Assembly (NCBI RefSeq): GCF_036321535.1
Contig: NC_087453.1
Location: 26,598,001 to 26,662,000, forward strand
Source: Camelus dromedarius
Lineage: Eukaryota
Direction of reading: 5' to 3'
Length of the DNA stretch: 64,000 nt
Below the pieces are notes generated by a model. That model saw nothing but the letters and a program-made list of their open reading frames with translations, was not told the DNA's origin and searched no databases. Numbering within the stretch: the first letter of the stretch is position 1; the number at the start of each line of letters is the position of its first letter. The position numbers and the translations under genes are program-made. Of this stretch, positions 23,296 to 34,708 are shown piece by piece.

Positions 23296-24519
23296 CTCGG
23301 GAACTGACAAAAATGTCTATCTTTCTCTGAATTCCATAGTTCATTTGCTGCCTTACAGTTAAGAAGAGCACAGGCAGCTTAAAGTACATTAAAATGCAGG
23401 CCATTTATTGAATTAATTACTAGATAAGTGAAACGTCAAAGCAGACAGGAAGGAGAGTGGTCAAATGTCCTCAGTGAGATGACCTCTGTAGGAGGACCAG
23501 GGGTGAGCACCAGCCATCTGTCTGACGGTGTCTGATTTGGAGGAGGTTTTCCAGAGAAAGTTTAGGAAACTTCAACCTTGATCTTTTGAACAGAACATTT
23601 GTGGAAGCTGCTGTCTTTCAGGTGGGCCCTCTTCCTCTCCTAATTCTGATTCCACGCCTTTGCCTAAGCACTGGTTGCTCTGACCTAGTGGAAAGCAGTT
23701 TCCTGCCTAAAATTCCTCCCAGTAAAAGAAAGTCAAAATTTTGAAATTTTTTTCTGGAAGATGATCAACTGGAGGTATGTTGACAAGGCTCCCTGTTCTT
23801 CATTTTCAGTTTCTACAGAAGAAAACATTATTTGTAGGGCAATCAAATTATTTATCATTCAAATCTAGATACTTTTGAGAGTAAGAGGAAGCAGTGTTTA
23901 TAATTATACCTGAGCAGCAAACGTAAACTGAGACTATCAGACAAATGAAGATGTATGGTTGCACTGATGACCTCATTAAAGATGTAGAACACATATCTTT
24001 CTAGAACTATGTAGAAGTATCTAGAAGTAGAAATGAGAGAGAGAGACAAGGGCAGAGAGACACAGAGAAAAGAAGAGGGAAAAAGAGCAAGAGACGGAAG
24101 GTAAGAGAGACCGAGGATAAGTTACACAACTGTTTTGAGAATCCTTTGTGACACAACTCTATCCAGAACATTTTTTTCCCTTCCTCTGCCTTTTCCTTTT
24201 GGGTACATGCGGGGTTTATATTTCATCTTATTCAGCTTTTTATCTCTAGCCCTATTGTCTAATGCCCAGTACACAATAAATGGTCAATAAATGATTTTTA
24301 AATACAAGAATATTTTCTTTCGAAAAATACTCTTAAAAATTCTGTTTCCCAAGTAGTTTGGCCCACATGGAAGTTTGCCTCCAAAGAAGTCCTAAATCAT
24401 TTCTAGTTTTATTGCCCAACTAAATAGTTGAATCAATGTTCTGTTGATCAGGTTATGCATGAAAATTTGATCTCTGCTGGTCCCATTAAAATACCTTGAC
24501 TTTGGTATTTGATAAGTGC

Positions 24520-24640
24520 TTACACTTCAGTATTACAGTGCCCACCTCATGCGATTACTATGATGATTAAACAGGCTGAAAAATACAAAGAGCCTGGCCC
24601 ATATTAAATGTTCATTTCATGTTAATTATTGTTGTTACTG
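24520..24640 (+). mobile_element. MIR 3' fragment
   Basis: CCCACCTCATGCGATTACTATGATGATTAAA...GCCTGGCCCATATTAAATGTTC. Confidence 0.5.
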
Positions 24641-24919
24641 TTTTTACTATCTCTTCTAGGATAAGGATGGGGATTTTGCACTTATTACTAGTTGGGCAAA
24701 AATTAGGGAATCTGTTTTTTAAAATGACTTTAAAATACATTAACCTCTATTTGGTAAAATGGTTTCATTAAATTAACTGAATTCTTCATATCTGGTCTCA
24801 TAAATGACATTTAATGAGCAGCTCTGTCAGATTTAAAAACTATTTTCTCTTGAAACACCCTGATGCTCCCCAACTTCACTCCCTGGCCACCCTGTTCTGC
24901 TCAACAACTGGTTGAGCTC

Positions 24920-25205
24920 CCTGAGATTTTATTCAGACCTCAATTCAAATGTCTTTTTTAAGGATACTTTTCCTGATACCCTAGACCATATGTGAGCCAC
25001 ATTGTACATTTTCATATCATCCAATATTATTCCTTCCCAGCATTTATTACAATTGTAATTAATTGTCTTTAATGTTGTCTATGCTGCTAAAAAAAAAAGT
25101 AACTTCCATGAGGGCAGGAACCCACTGGTCTTATTCATCACTCTATTCTTGGTGCTTGACTCAGTAGATGCACATAGTAGGTGCTCAATCAATGTATGTG
25201 GATTC
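24920..25205 (+). mobile_element. L2 3' end
   Basis: CTTCCATGAGGGCAGGAACC...CACATAGTAGGTGCTCAATCAATG. Confidence 0.8.
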
Positions 25206-26461
25206 CTTAGTTATTTAACTGGAAGTTAAATCTACTCTTGTTGCCTGGGGTTTGTAAGCTGAAGCATCACTCAATATCTGGATCAGGAAATTGGTGGGGA
25301 AATGAGTTTGGTAACTTGTCATTTGCATGTGATCTGAATTCTCAAAACAGTGAGTTTCTCTGTGAATAAAACAATAAGTTACTGGAATCTTGGCGTTTTC
25401 AAAACAAACTCTTTATGTAAACCTTTACACTTTTGTTATTGCAGCTGCAAACATTCCAGCCGTTCTGTAATTCTTCAAATGTGTTTCGAATTATTCATTT
25501 ACTACTTTGAGTAGTTCTTCCTGGATACTTTTTTTTTTTTTTTTAATCTCGGTTAACTTACTAACATGACTCTAATTGTTATCATTCTGCAGAACAATGT
25601 TCTCTCAAGAGTTCTTGTCAGAGAATCTCAACAAAGCCATTAACTGTCCAGGGTTACTGATTTCCAAAGAGTCACCCACCCTTCAGGAGTAATCTTTGGA
25701 ATCAATTGTCTTTATTTATCTAGCATGACACCAATCTACTAAGTCTGTTATTCAAAAATGGCACCTTTTCTGGTTCCTTTGTTACTGTTCCCAAACATGA
25801 ACTTGACAATTTTCATGCGGGAAGGGAAAATGAATGCTTCTGGACTTGGATGAGACTTTTTGTCTTTGCCTATTAATTGCTCAGCTGACCTTGTAACTAG
25901 CTTCCTCTCTTTGATCTGATACTTTCTTATTTTGTGCTTGCAGATGTTTTAAAATGTTCCAATATTTTTCCCCCTAGGTAAACTGGATGCTTTGTGGTAG
26001 CAGTTGACGTAGTTTGCTTGGTCACCATGGCTTAATTTGATAACTTTTCCCAGCAAGCAGGACATTTAGGTTGAAGAAGAGAAGGATTACCAGTCTACAC
26101 TAATCTAAGTTTGAGATATTTTACATTTGATTTCCCGGTTAGTGAGTTAAATCCTTTTTTGGAGGAAAGGTGTATCCCACAAAACTCCTGATTTTACAAG
26201 TCTACAGTAAATATTTGTACAAACTAAAGCCAAATTAAACAAATTACTTAAAGAAAATATAGGCTTTGAAAGAGTCAGACAATTTGAGTTTAAAAACATA
26301 AATGTCTGCTTTCTTCAGAAAATTTGAAACAAGTCTCAACAAATTTGAAAAGTTAACCATGGAGTGAGCATCTAAGAAATCATTGAAGTATATGAATTTT
26401 ACTGAATTTAATAATTAAAATTATTAAAAAGTCATAAAATATTTACTTATCTGTAATCAAC

Positions 26462-26590
26462 AACATTTTTTATTTTACTGAAGTCCAGTCAGTTACGTTG
26501 TGTCAATTCCTGGTGCACAGCCCGATGTCCCGGTGATGCATATACATATGTTTGTTTTCATATTCTTTTTCATGAAAGGTTATTACAATA
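26462..26590 (-). mobile_element. Short artiodactyl/camelid-type L1 3' UTR fragment
   Basis: Antisense homolog of 52660-52766 (shared GCACCAGGAATTGA.ACA..GTAACTGACTG.ACTTC). Confidence 0.85.
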
Positions 26591-27329
26591 CAAGTAACTA
26601 TTTTGAATAGTCATTTTCGAAGGCCATGGAGAGCTGTAGTTCTTGTTAATTAACTAATTTAACTAAATAGTGTTAAACTTTTGTTTTTAGAAACACAGTT
26701 TTTTTGTTTTTCATTTCTTGAAGCAGATTGTAATTTACTGTAGTTTAATCAAGGGTCAGACTTTATCATCATTAAGCTATGATTGAGAAATTTAATGAGT
26801 TTTTGAATTCAGGAGCAACTATTTATAGATAATAATAATAATAAAGGTAATAATCACACATGCCTTCTGTAGGCAGAAGGAAAAAAATGTGAAATAAGAC
26901 CAAATTCTATCTGAAGCCGAGGTATAGGGTCTACATGTGTGTGCTAAATAAAGAACTTTCCAGATGCTAACCTGAGATGGGCACTAAGGTCATAATAACA
27001 GGAATTCCAGTGTGAGGATCGGAGGCTTCAGGTCATGACATGTTGCAGCTACACTGGAAACTTCTCCAGAGGTGAGTGTTGGGTATTCAAGCTGTGCACC
27101 CCAAAAGAATGATTAAATTCTGGAAATTGGTAGAAGGAACCATTCCAATTCTATGCTGTTATAACTTGAGCTGTTGGATATTTTTGAATGGTGCTGAAAA
27201 TAGGTTCTAACTTTTCTCTATAGAAGGTAACTGATCGTGTCTCTGGGCACACCTTGTCCGCATGCAAGCACATCTGTTCTCCTGCACACCGTTAGGAAGC
27301 CCTCCCGTCCTCCGTGGGCATGAAGACCT

Positions 27330-27510
27330 CAGTTCTGCCTCAGGCGAAATCCTAACCTGTCCCTTATTACCTTGGGCATGTCATTTAACCCCTCTGAAAT
27401 TTAGCTTCCACATCTGTAAACCATAAGGATAATTGCACCCAATTTTTTGGACTCCCCTGCAGATTAAATGAGACACTGCAGGAAAGTACATCGTGAGTGT
27501 GGGATAAACA
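27330..27510 (+). mobile_element. MIR SINE
   Basis: CCTTGGGCATGTCATTTAACCCCTCTGAA..TTAGCTTCCACATCTGTAAA...GATTAAATGAGA. Confidence 0.8.
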
Positions 27511-28059
27511 CTAACTTCTGTTGCTTCCAGTATTCCTTCCATGGACTTTGAGTGAGTTTTCTTGGTCAGCCTTTGAAGCCTTTACACCTCTTACTGCAAC
27601 ATTATTGTTAGAAAGGGGTGGAGGGTGGAGAGTTTGCTTCAATAAATCTACATTTGCTGGTGTGTGGGTCCCGGACACAGAAACCAGGATTTCTCAGAAG
27701 AAAAAACCTTTAGAATTAGATTCGCTGCTTCTGCGCACAGAAGCAGACCACTTTAACTTCACCAGCACAGCCCTGGAAGTAGCTTTTCAAGTGGTCAGGA
27801 CAGTAGAAGTTCCATTCAGCTGGGGGCTATTTTGTATTATCTCCAAGGGACACTTTCTCCCTGGAGCAGCCACCTGCCTCTTGTAAGTTGAGGGGGTCTC
27901 TCTGCTCAGTCCCGGTGCTTCCACACAGCTGCTGAAGGCAGACACACATTCCTGGCATTTGGCATCACAAAGGGAGCCCCTTGCCTCTTTTTCCCCAGAT
28001 TTTCATTAGGGCTCAAGTTGAAACCAGGAAGCACAATACAATCAGAGTACACTGTAGTG

Positions 28060-29010
28060 TTTGTTTAAGTAAACCTTTTATTGTAGGTGATTGCAGATTC
28101 GCACGCTGTCATAAGAAATAATAGAGAGAACTCCTGTGTATTGTATAACTTGTAACTTTCAGTCAGTTTCCCTCAGTGGTAACATCTTGAAAAACTAAAG
28201 TACAATATGCAGAATATGGACATTGATACAGTCAAGATACAGAAAAGTTCCATCATCACATCCCATTCACCCCTCCTCCATCCCTGACCTCTGGTGACCA
28301 TTCATGTTGTTTCTATTTCTATAATTTTGTCAGTTCAAGAATATCATGTGAACAGAATCACACAGTGTATAACAGCTTGGCGTTGTCCTGGTCCATTCAG
28401 CCGAACACCCTGCAGGTTCATCCAGGAGGCTGTGGGCATCAGTGCGTTGTTCCTTTCCATTGCTGAGTAGTATTCCCTGGTACGAACATATCATGCTTTG
28501 TTTAATCATTCACCCATTGAAGGACACCTGGGTTGTTTCCAGTTTTAAGCTAATATGAATAAATCTATGAATAACCATATATAACTTTTCTGTGAACTTT
28601 AGTTTTCATTTTTCTGCAATAAATGTCCAATTGCAGGGTTGTATCTTATTTGCATATTTAGGTTTTTTTAAATGATTGTTATTGAAGTATAGTTGGTTTA
28701 CAATGTTGGGTCAGTTTTTGGTTACAGCATAGTGATTCAGTTATGTATATTCCTTTTCATATTCTTTCTCATTATAGGCTATTACAAGATATTGAATATA
28801 ATATGTTTACTTTTATAAGAAACTGACAAAGTGTTTTCCAGAATGACTGTACCATGTCATATGCTACCAACAATGTATAAAAGACCTAGTTTTTTTGTTT
28901 TTCTCCAGTATTTATTGTTTTTCATTTTGGCTATTCTGACAGGTGTGGAGTGATAGCTCATTGTGGTTTTAACGTGCATTTCCTCAATAGCTAATATGTT
29001 GAATATTCTT
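28060..29010 (-). mobile_element. Old L1 3' end (L1MB/L1MC-like)
   Basis: CATTCACCCATTGAAGGACACCTGGGTTGTTTCCAGTTTT and CTCATTGTGGTTTTAA are antisense L1 hallmarks; same family as 44505-45400. Confidence 0.85.
28663..28800 (-). mobile_element. Younger artiodactyl-type L1 3' UTR fragment nested in the older L1
   Basis: T-tail then ATTGAAGTATAGTTGGTTTACAATGTTG...CATAGTGATTCAGTTAT...CTATTACAAGATATTGAATATA interrupts the host element. Confidence 0.85.
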
Positions 29011-30353
29011 TTGCAACAGTCTTTTGCAGATGGTATAATTTAAAAGCTAGAAAGAATTAGGCAGATCCATTTCAATGATTGAGCCCAAAATTAATGTATT
29101 TGGATGAGAGTCAGGTCCCAGTGAGAGAGAGAGAGAGGCACTTTGCCCTGAACTCAGGTCTCGTAAATCCCCATCTGGTGATGTTTGCACCAGGGACCCT
29201 AGTCCACATCAGGGCCAAGTTGCTTGCTCTGATTGGGTGGTAAGGTAGAAAAGAATTGGTTGGCAAGGTTGATTAAGAACACATGCAAGTAATCCAGCGA
29301 TGGCAACTGTGCAGTATTTGGCAAATATCTGGCACCTACTAAGAACTAAATAAATAATTAAATTTACCTCTATATCTCACCTTATTGTTGGAACTAACAT
29401 TTTTTTCTTTTTTTAAAGTAGGCACATTTGAAATTTGTCTCACCCTTTCAGAGCAGGTAATAGATAAAGAAAATTGTTTTGAAAAAATCATTTCAAATAT
29501 TGTCAAAAAAAAAAAAAAAAAGAGAGAGAAAGAAAAAGAACAAACACGTCTGTTCAATCTATCCTGTAGGTCTCATTATGTATGATGAGGGTTAGTAAAG
29601 GAGGGGCCTTGTGGATCCAGGAGTTCAATCTCCTGATTTGCAGATGAGAAAACAAGCGCTCACAGAAATGAAGCCCCCTCTCGGCCGCTGCTTGGGAGGG
29701 AACCGGAGCAGCTAGGCTGGTGATGCTTTCTGAGCAGAGAGCACAGGGCCTCAGCCGAGGTCCTGCCACGTTCACACACAGGACTGGGTGCTGGTAGCCG
29801 TGGGCTCTGATTCCCGTGAAGGCCTTTTGGGGATAGGATGGGAGGTGGAGGAGCTGGGAAGCTGCCGTCACCCCTGGGGGTGTAAATATGCATAGGTAGC
29901 TTGACTCCTTATCTCCCCAGGGGATCCCGCAACTTGTTTGACTTTGCTGAGAGACTGACCAGTCCTTTTCATTTGGCCATAAACGTGGTGAGCGCTGATG
30001 ACCGCATCTAGAGCCGACTGCCACCCTGACCCCAGGCTGTACAGATCCAGATGGTAGACGGAATAAAAGGAATTCAAAAATGTGTGTCGGACAGAAAAAA
30101 AGGAATAAACAAAGCATGCATCTAATCCAAAATTCAGAATTTCGAAGTTAGGCGGTGGGGACCACAGGGAAAGAAGCAAGCTTTGGCCCTGGAAGGGGAT
30201 CGTGGGGAAGGTGGAGGAGACAAGCTCCAGTCTCTGAAGCTTCATAAAACTTGTTACAGAAGCAGCAACAACCCAGGGGAAGTGGGGGGCTGCCAGAGGA
30301 TTAGGAAAATGTCCTTGTTTGGCGTCTCTGAAGGATGTGATTTCAAACATCTA

Positions 30354-30824
30354 TGTAACCGGCCAGGACCCTGTGGGGCCCTCCAGGGTCAGACCCCACC
30401 CTATATCCTCTGCTGCAGCTCCTCTCTGAAGCACCCAGATAACAGTATCTCATGTGTATTTCCTGAGATTTTCAGATGCTTAAAACCACCACCAAAGGGA
30501 AGAAATTAACTACTTGATGATCAAGAGCATGTGGCCCCCAGACCTTCTGGCGCCTAGGGGTTGATAGTGTTGACCGCCCTATTACCTCCACATCAGCCAG
30601 AGGATTGTGCACGAGCTGATCACACACCCTGCGACCCTCCCTCCCTTCCCTGGCCTTTAAATATACTTTGCTGAAACCCTTCTGGGAGTTTGGGGTTTTC
30701 TTGGGCATGAGCCACCCCATCCTCCTTGCTCGGCCCTGCAGTAAACTTTTCTCTGTTCTAAACTCATGTTTCAGTTCATTTGGCCTCCTGGTGCGGCAGG
30801 CACACGAGCTTGCCTTCCGTAACA
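30354..30824 (+). mobile_element. ERV1-class solo LTR (471 bp)
   Basis: TGTAAC...GTAACA termini; 4-bp TSD TCTA/TCCA (3/4); TATA-like TTTAAATATA near 30657; poly(A)-signal variant AGTAAA near 30740; no primer-binding site downstream. Confidence 0.85.
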
Positions 30825-32481
30825 TCCATATCTGACTGTTAGGAGAGTTGTGAGCCAGTGCGGACTTTGTCCAGGTGCGCTGCTGGGAGGAGGTGGTGTG
30901 AGCCACGGGGAATCACCTTCCATCACCATCTTCCTGGAGAAAGCAGCGGGCAAAGCTGTTACCCCACACAACTCATTCCTTGATAACAATTGTATTTGTT
31001 ACTTCATGTCCTGAAGCAAAAGTAGCAGACGTAATAGCGGCTGAAAAAGAAAATTAACCTGTACGATGACTGATTTATAGCTTCGTCATAAAACATAAAT
31101 TATAACAGGAGATGAAGGGAATGGCTTTTTGGAAGCCCTGCTTTTCTGCAGAAGTGCAAAGCCCTCGATTCTTTTCCAGCTATTGTTAGATTTGCTAAAA
31201 ATAAGGTCTGTGAAATGTGTAAATATCACCCACCTCCAGTAGAGAAACTGAATTATTCAGATACCAGCTCTCGCTGGGCAGGAAGGAGTCGGATTTTGGT
31301 CTAAGACCTTCTGTTGCTGTCCTCGACCTGCTTGGAGCTTCTCAAAACTGCTCTTGCTTCAATCACCTTGCTAATAACACGGTGCACTTCCGTGAAGGAA
31401 CTGGTCACATAATTAGAAGCGTTCCCCTCTGGCTGGGAAGAAATCGGCTGCTACACTCGAAATGAAAGAAAACTGACTAGTGACGCCAGGTTATAAAATT
31501 GAATGAAGACGCTGCAGAAATAGCCCTTTAAAAAGCGGGATGGCGCAGTCACTTTGGGTACAATATTAAGCACTCAAACAGAACCTTTCTGTTTTAACTC
31601 CCAGCCAAGGCTCATGGCCCTTGTGTAAATGAATTCAGTGCAGCCAAAAGCCCCAGCTGGTTGACAGGACAGAGTCAGTGGTAACCTGAGTGCGTGGGGT
31701 CTATTTGCTCTTGTCTGACACATCTTAGGCAAACCAGCACTGACGTTCAAAGGGAGAGGCGGCCATTTCTGCTGTCATCATTGTTATAAGCCCAGTTTTT
31801 TTTTTTTTTTTTCAAAGCCTCCGTCTCTATTTGTTCTCTCAACAACAACAACGATCTGGTGGTAGATCCCTCTGACCTCACTGAGTCCAAAACAGCACAC
31901 GTCCCTCCCTCCTTCCGTCTCTCCGGCTGCTCCTTTATTTTGCTCCTTCTCTTTTTCTCTTTCATCTGGCTTCTCCACCCAGAAAGCCAAGGGAAGTGAG
32001 GTAACAATAACGTTGTTGCATTTCACCTGGCCCACCCAGAGGAAAGCTATTTCTAGGCAGATGCGGAAAACCCAAACCTTGTGGAACTCACCCGGCCCTC
32101 TAATCTAACATCCTCTGTGTGCGGCAGAGTCTAATGTTTAATTTGAAAAACAATCCGAAAATAGCATGAAAGGAAACGTGGGATTTGCATAGCTATATAT
32201 ATGTTTAAGATAGTCGTTTTCAAAAACACTGTGTTTGAGAGCTGGCTCTTTACTTGCCGCTGCCCGGATTTCATGGACTCTTCTGAGATAAGGAGTGTAA
32301 TTTTCACTTGAGTGATGGTTGATTTTCTGCACAGTCCTCCTGGTACTGAGACTGATCTCCCCCACTGTCCCGCTGGAAAGCTCATGCTGACTGAAGTAAC
32401 AGTGACAGTGGAGACAGGGGGACGATCTAGGAAATGCTGCATTGTCACACCTTTAAGATCCTTATTAAAATCTTGTTTCCT

Positions 32482-32600
32482 CATTTTTCTTTTATATTTC
32501 TACCTTTTTTTTTCGCTCTTTTTTTTTCTTTGCTATTATCTTGGCCTTTTTTTCCTTTTTCCTTTTTTTTTTTTAAACTATTTTTCTGCATCTTTTTCAT
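32482..32600 (+). repeat. T-rich low-complexity tract
   Basis: About 120 nt of mostly T/C runs; it explains the Phe/Leu-rich ORFs in the track. Confidence 0.9.
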
Positions 32601-34349
32601 TTTTAAAGTTTACCTTGCACCAACACCTCACCTTTGGTAGGCAAAGCCTTGGCTCAGTTTATTCCAGCTGCCTGCAGGTGGACTTTTTTCACCATCAAAG
32701 CCCTTTGGAGGCTGACTTCTGTTTCCAAAGCTCGAAATTTAATAGCTGGAGAAGACTAGCAAAAATCTCTCTCATTTCAGGTTTCCTAGAGACTCAGCTG
32801 TACTCAAGGTGCCTTTTAAAACAATCTTCCCGACAGGGGTGAAAAATCCAGATGTAAAGCACATGCTCCTCACTTAGAGAGGGCTGCTCTCCTGGTCAAG
32901 GTGCAAGGCGGAGGGGGTGCAGAACCCAAGAGGTGAAAACACTTAAGGAAGATTTATAACCAGGGCATAGATCTTTACGAAAGGAATTCTTACCTTGGGA
33001 TTCATCAAAGGGTCCCTGGGTAGAAGTTAGGGTGTCCGTGAACTTAGAGAGGAAAAAAGATACCTCTTCACATTGCCAATGCTTTAGTTGAACCGTGGCT
33101 TTTCCATCAATGATAAATATGGACGAAAATCCACGTTGATATCTGCACACTGTCACAGGTCACGTGACAGTTGTAGATTACTCAAAATGTTCCTTATGCT
33201 CATATCACTGCTTTGAAATTGTGGTAAATATGCGACCCACCACTAGATCTTTCTAGTTAACGTTTTAAATCAAAGAACTTGTACGTTACTTTAACACAAT
33301 TAAAAATATTATTATGGCTATTTCAATAGAAGTGTTTTCCTTAACAATCCTCCTTATTTCAGTCCATGCATTCAAAATCATTGTTCTGAGAAGCGGTCAG
33401 TGGGCTTCGCCAAGTTGTCAGATGAATCCCTGGCACAATCAAGGTTAAGAATCCTGGTTTGGAGAGTAAATGATTCTTCCAGCTAGATATTTTGCAGTTC
33501 TTGATTTGGGGGGGACAAGGAGGGGTGTAGAAAGGAGAGAGGGGAACTCAGAGTTTGTCTTGGACCTAGTAGACCTGCTGCTTGCCTCTGTTGGGTCTGT
33601 GTCCAGAGTGAAACATCTGAATAACCCTCCCAAAATGTAGAGAAAAAGAAAAAAATCCCGTGCTAGGCAGTAGCATGTAGGGAAAATAAGAAAACAAAGC
33701 AAAACAAAATAAAAAAATGCCACCGAAAGTCTCCCAGCACAAAGGGTTTCTTATCATTTCTTTCCTCTTTTTGTACATATTTCCCCTGGTACTAATGGCC
33801 AAACTCCCCCTTTTCAGGTAGTTTTCGATACATACTAGAAACACACAGCCCCTTCGACGGTACTTTGCAAAATCAGTTGTGGGCAGAGCAGCTGTGCCAT
33901 CGATTAAACCCTTTCCCAGAACTTTCACATACTCACCAGGTTGCCTGCCTGACTCTTTACTAATGTTGCAGGAGTAACAAAAGGCCAGCTTGCAACAAGA
34001 TTTAGTATTATCTGTGGGCATCAGGCTGGTTTATTTGCAAGACCTACATCAGCAGGGGCTAGGGATGTAAGCTGATAGCCATTGGAAGTGTGAAATTAAC
34101 TCAGAGTTAATGATTGACATAAAGGGAGTCTAATGAGACGTAATATTTCCTCAGAGTTTCTGGTAAAAATACTCTCATCAGAATGACATCGAGAAGAGGA
34201 GCCCTTGTCAGGAAAAGCTTTTTTTTTTTTTTTGCTTCTGTGATTCTGATTCTGGAAAGTGATGGAAAGGAGAGAAGAAGGAAGGAGGAGAGTGGGCAGC
34301 AAAAGAGCGCCGTGAAGTTTATGGGTGCTAAGGGGCAGGAAGAGACTTC

Positions 34350-34550
34350 GCAGTCAAACAGAGCTAGGTTCAAACCCCAGCTCCGCAACTTGCCTGGCTG
34401 TGTGACCTAGGGCGTGTGGCTTAGCTTCTCTGAGCTTCAGTTCTACATCTATCAAACAGGCACAATTAAAGCCCCAGCTTCTAGAGTTACTGTGAGAATG
34501 TGAAGACATAGGATGCACAAGATGTTTGGCACAGAGCCTGGTAGTGAGAA
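34350..34550 (+). mobile_element. Near full-length MIR SINE
   Basis: CTAGGTTCAAACCCCAGCTCCGCAACTTGCCTGGCTGTGTGACCTAGGGC...CTTCTCTGAGCTTCAGTT...TGGCACAGAGCCTGG. Confidence 0.9.
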
Positions 34551-34696
34551 CTTAACAGAGGATGGCTCCTGCAGGGGTGGAGAGTAGGTGAGGATGTCAG
34601 TGGGAAGAAGAGACAAGCGAATGAGCAGCTGCTGTATCATGCCCCATCTGCTGGATTTGTCTGCAATCAGCCAGCCAGTCCTGTTCCACTGAGAAA

Positions 34697-34708
34697 GGGG
34701 GGGGGGGG
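34697..34708 (+). repeat. G12 homopolymer
   Basis: Read directly. Confidence 0.9.

Noticed and set aside
26963-27070. 108-nt exon candidate ending GAG|GTGAGT
   Set aside because: Weak polypyrimidine tract and early stops in the frames I checked
29284-29314. miR-26a-like stretch GCAAGTAATCCAGCGATGGCAACTGTGCAG
   Set aside because: A 12-nt match to mature miR-26, but the seed is broken (GCAAGTA versus TCAAGTA) and there is no complementary 3' arm; treated as coincidence
29554-30117. 187-aa minus-strand ORF (also the 168-aa ORF at 22742-23248)
   Set aside because: No domain or codon-like pattern; expected by chance in GC-richer patches
32312-32842. 176-aa Phe/Leu-rich membrane-like ORF
   Set aside because: Translation of the T-rich low-complexity tract
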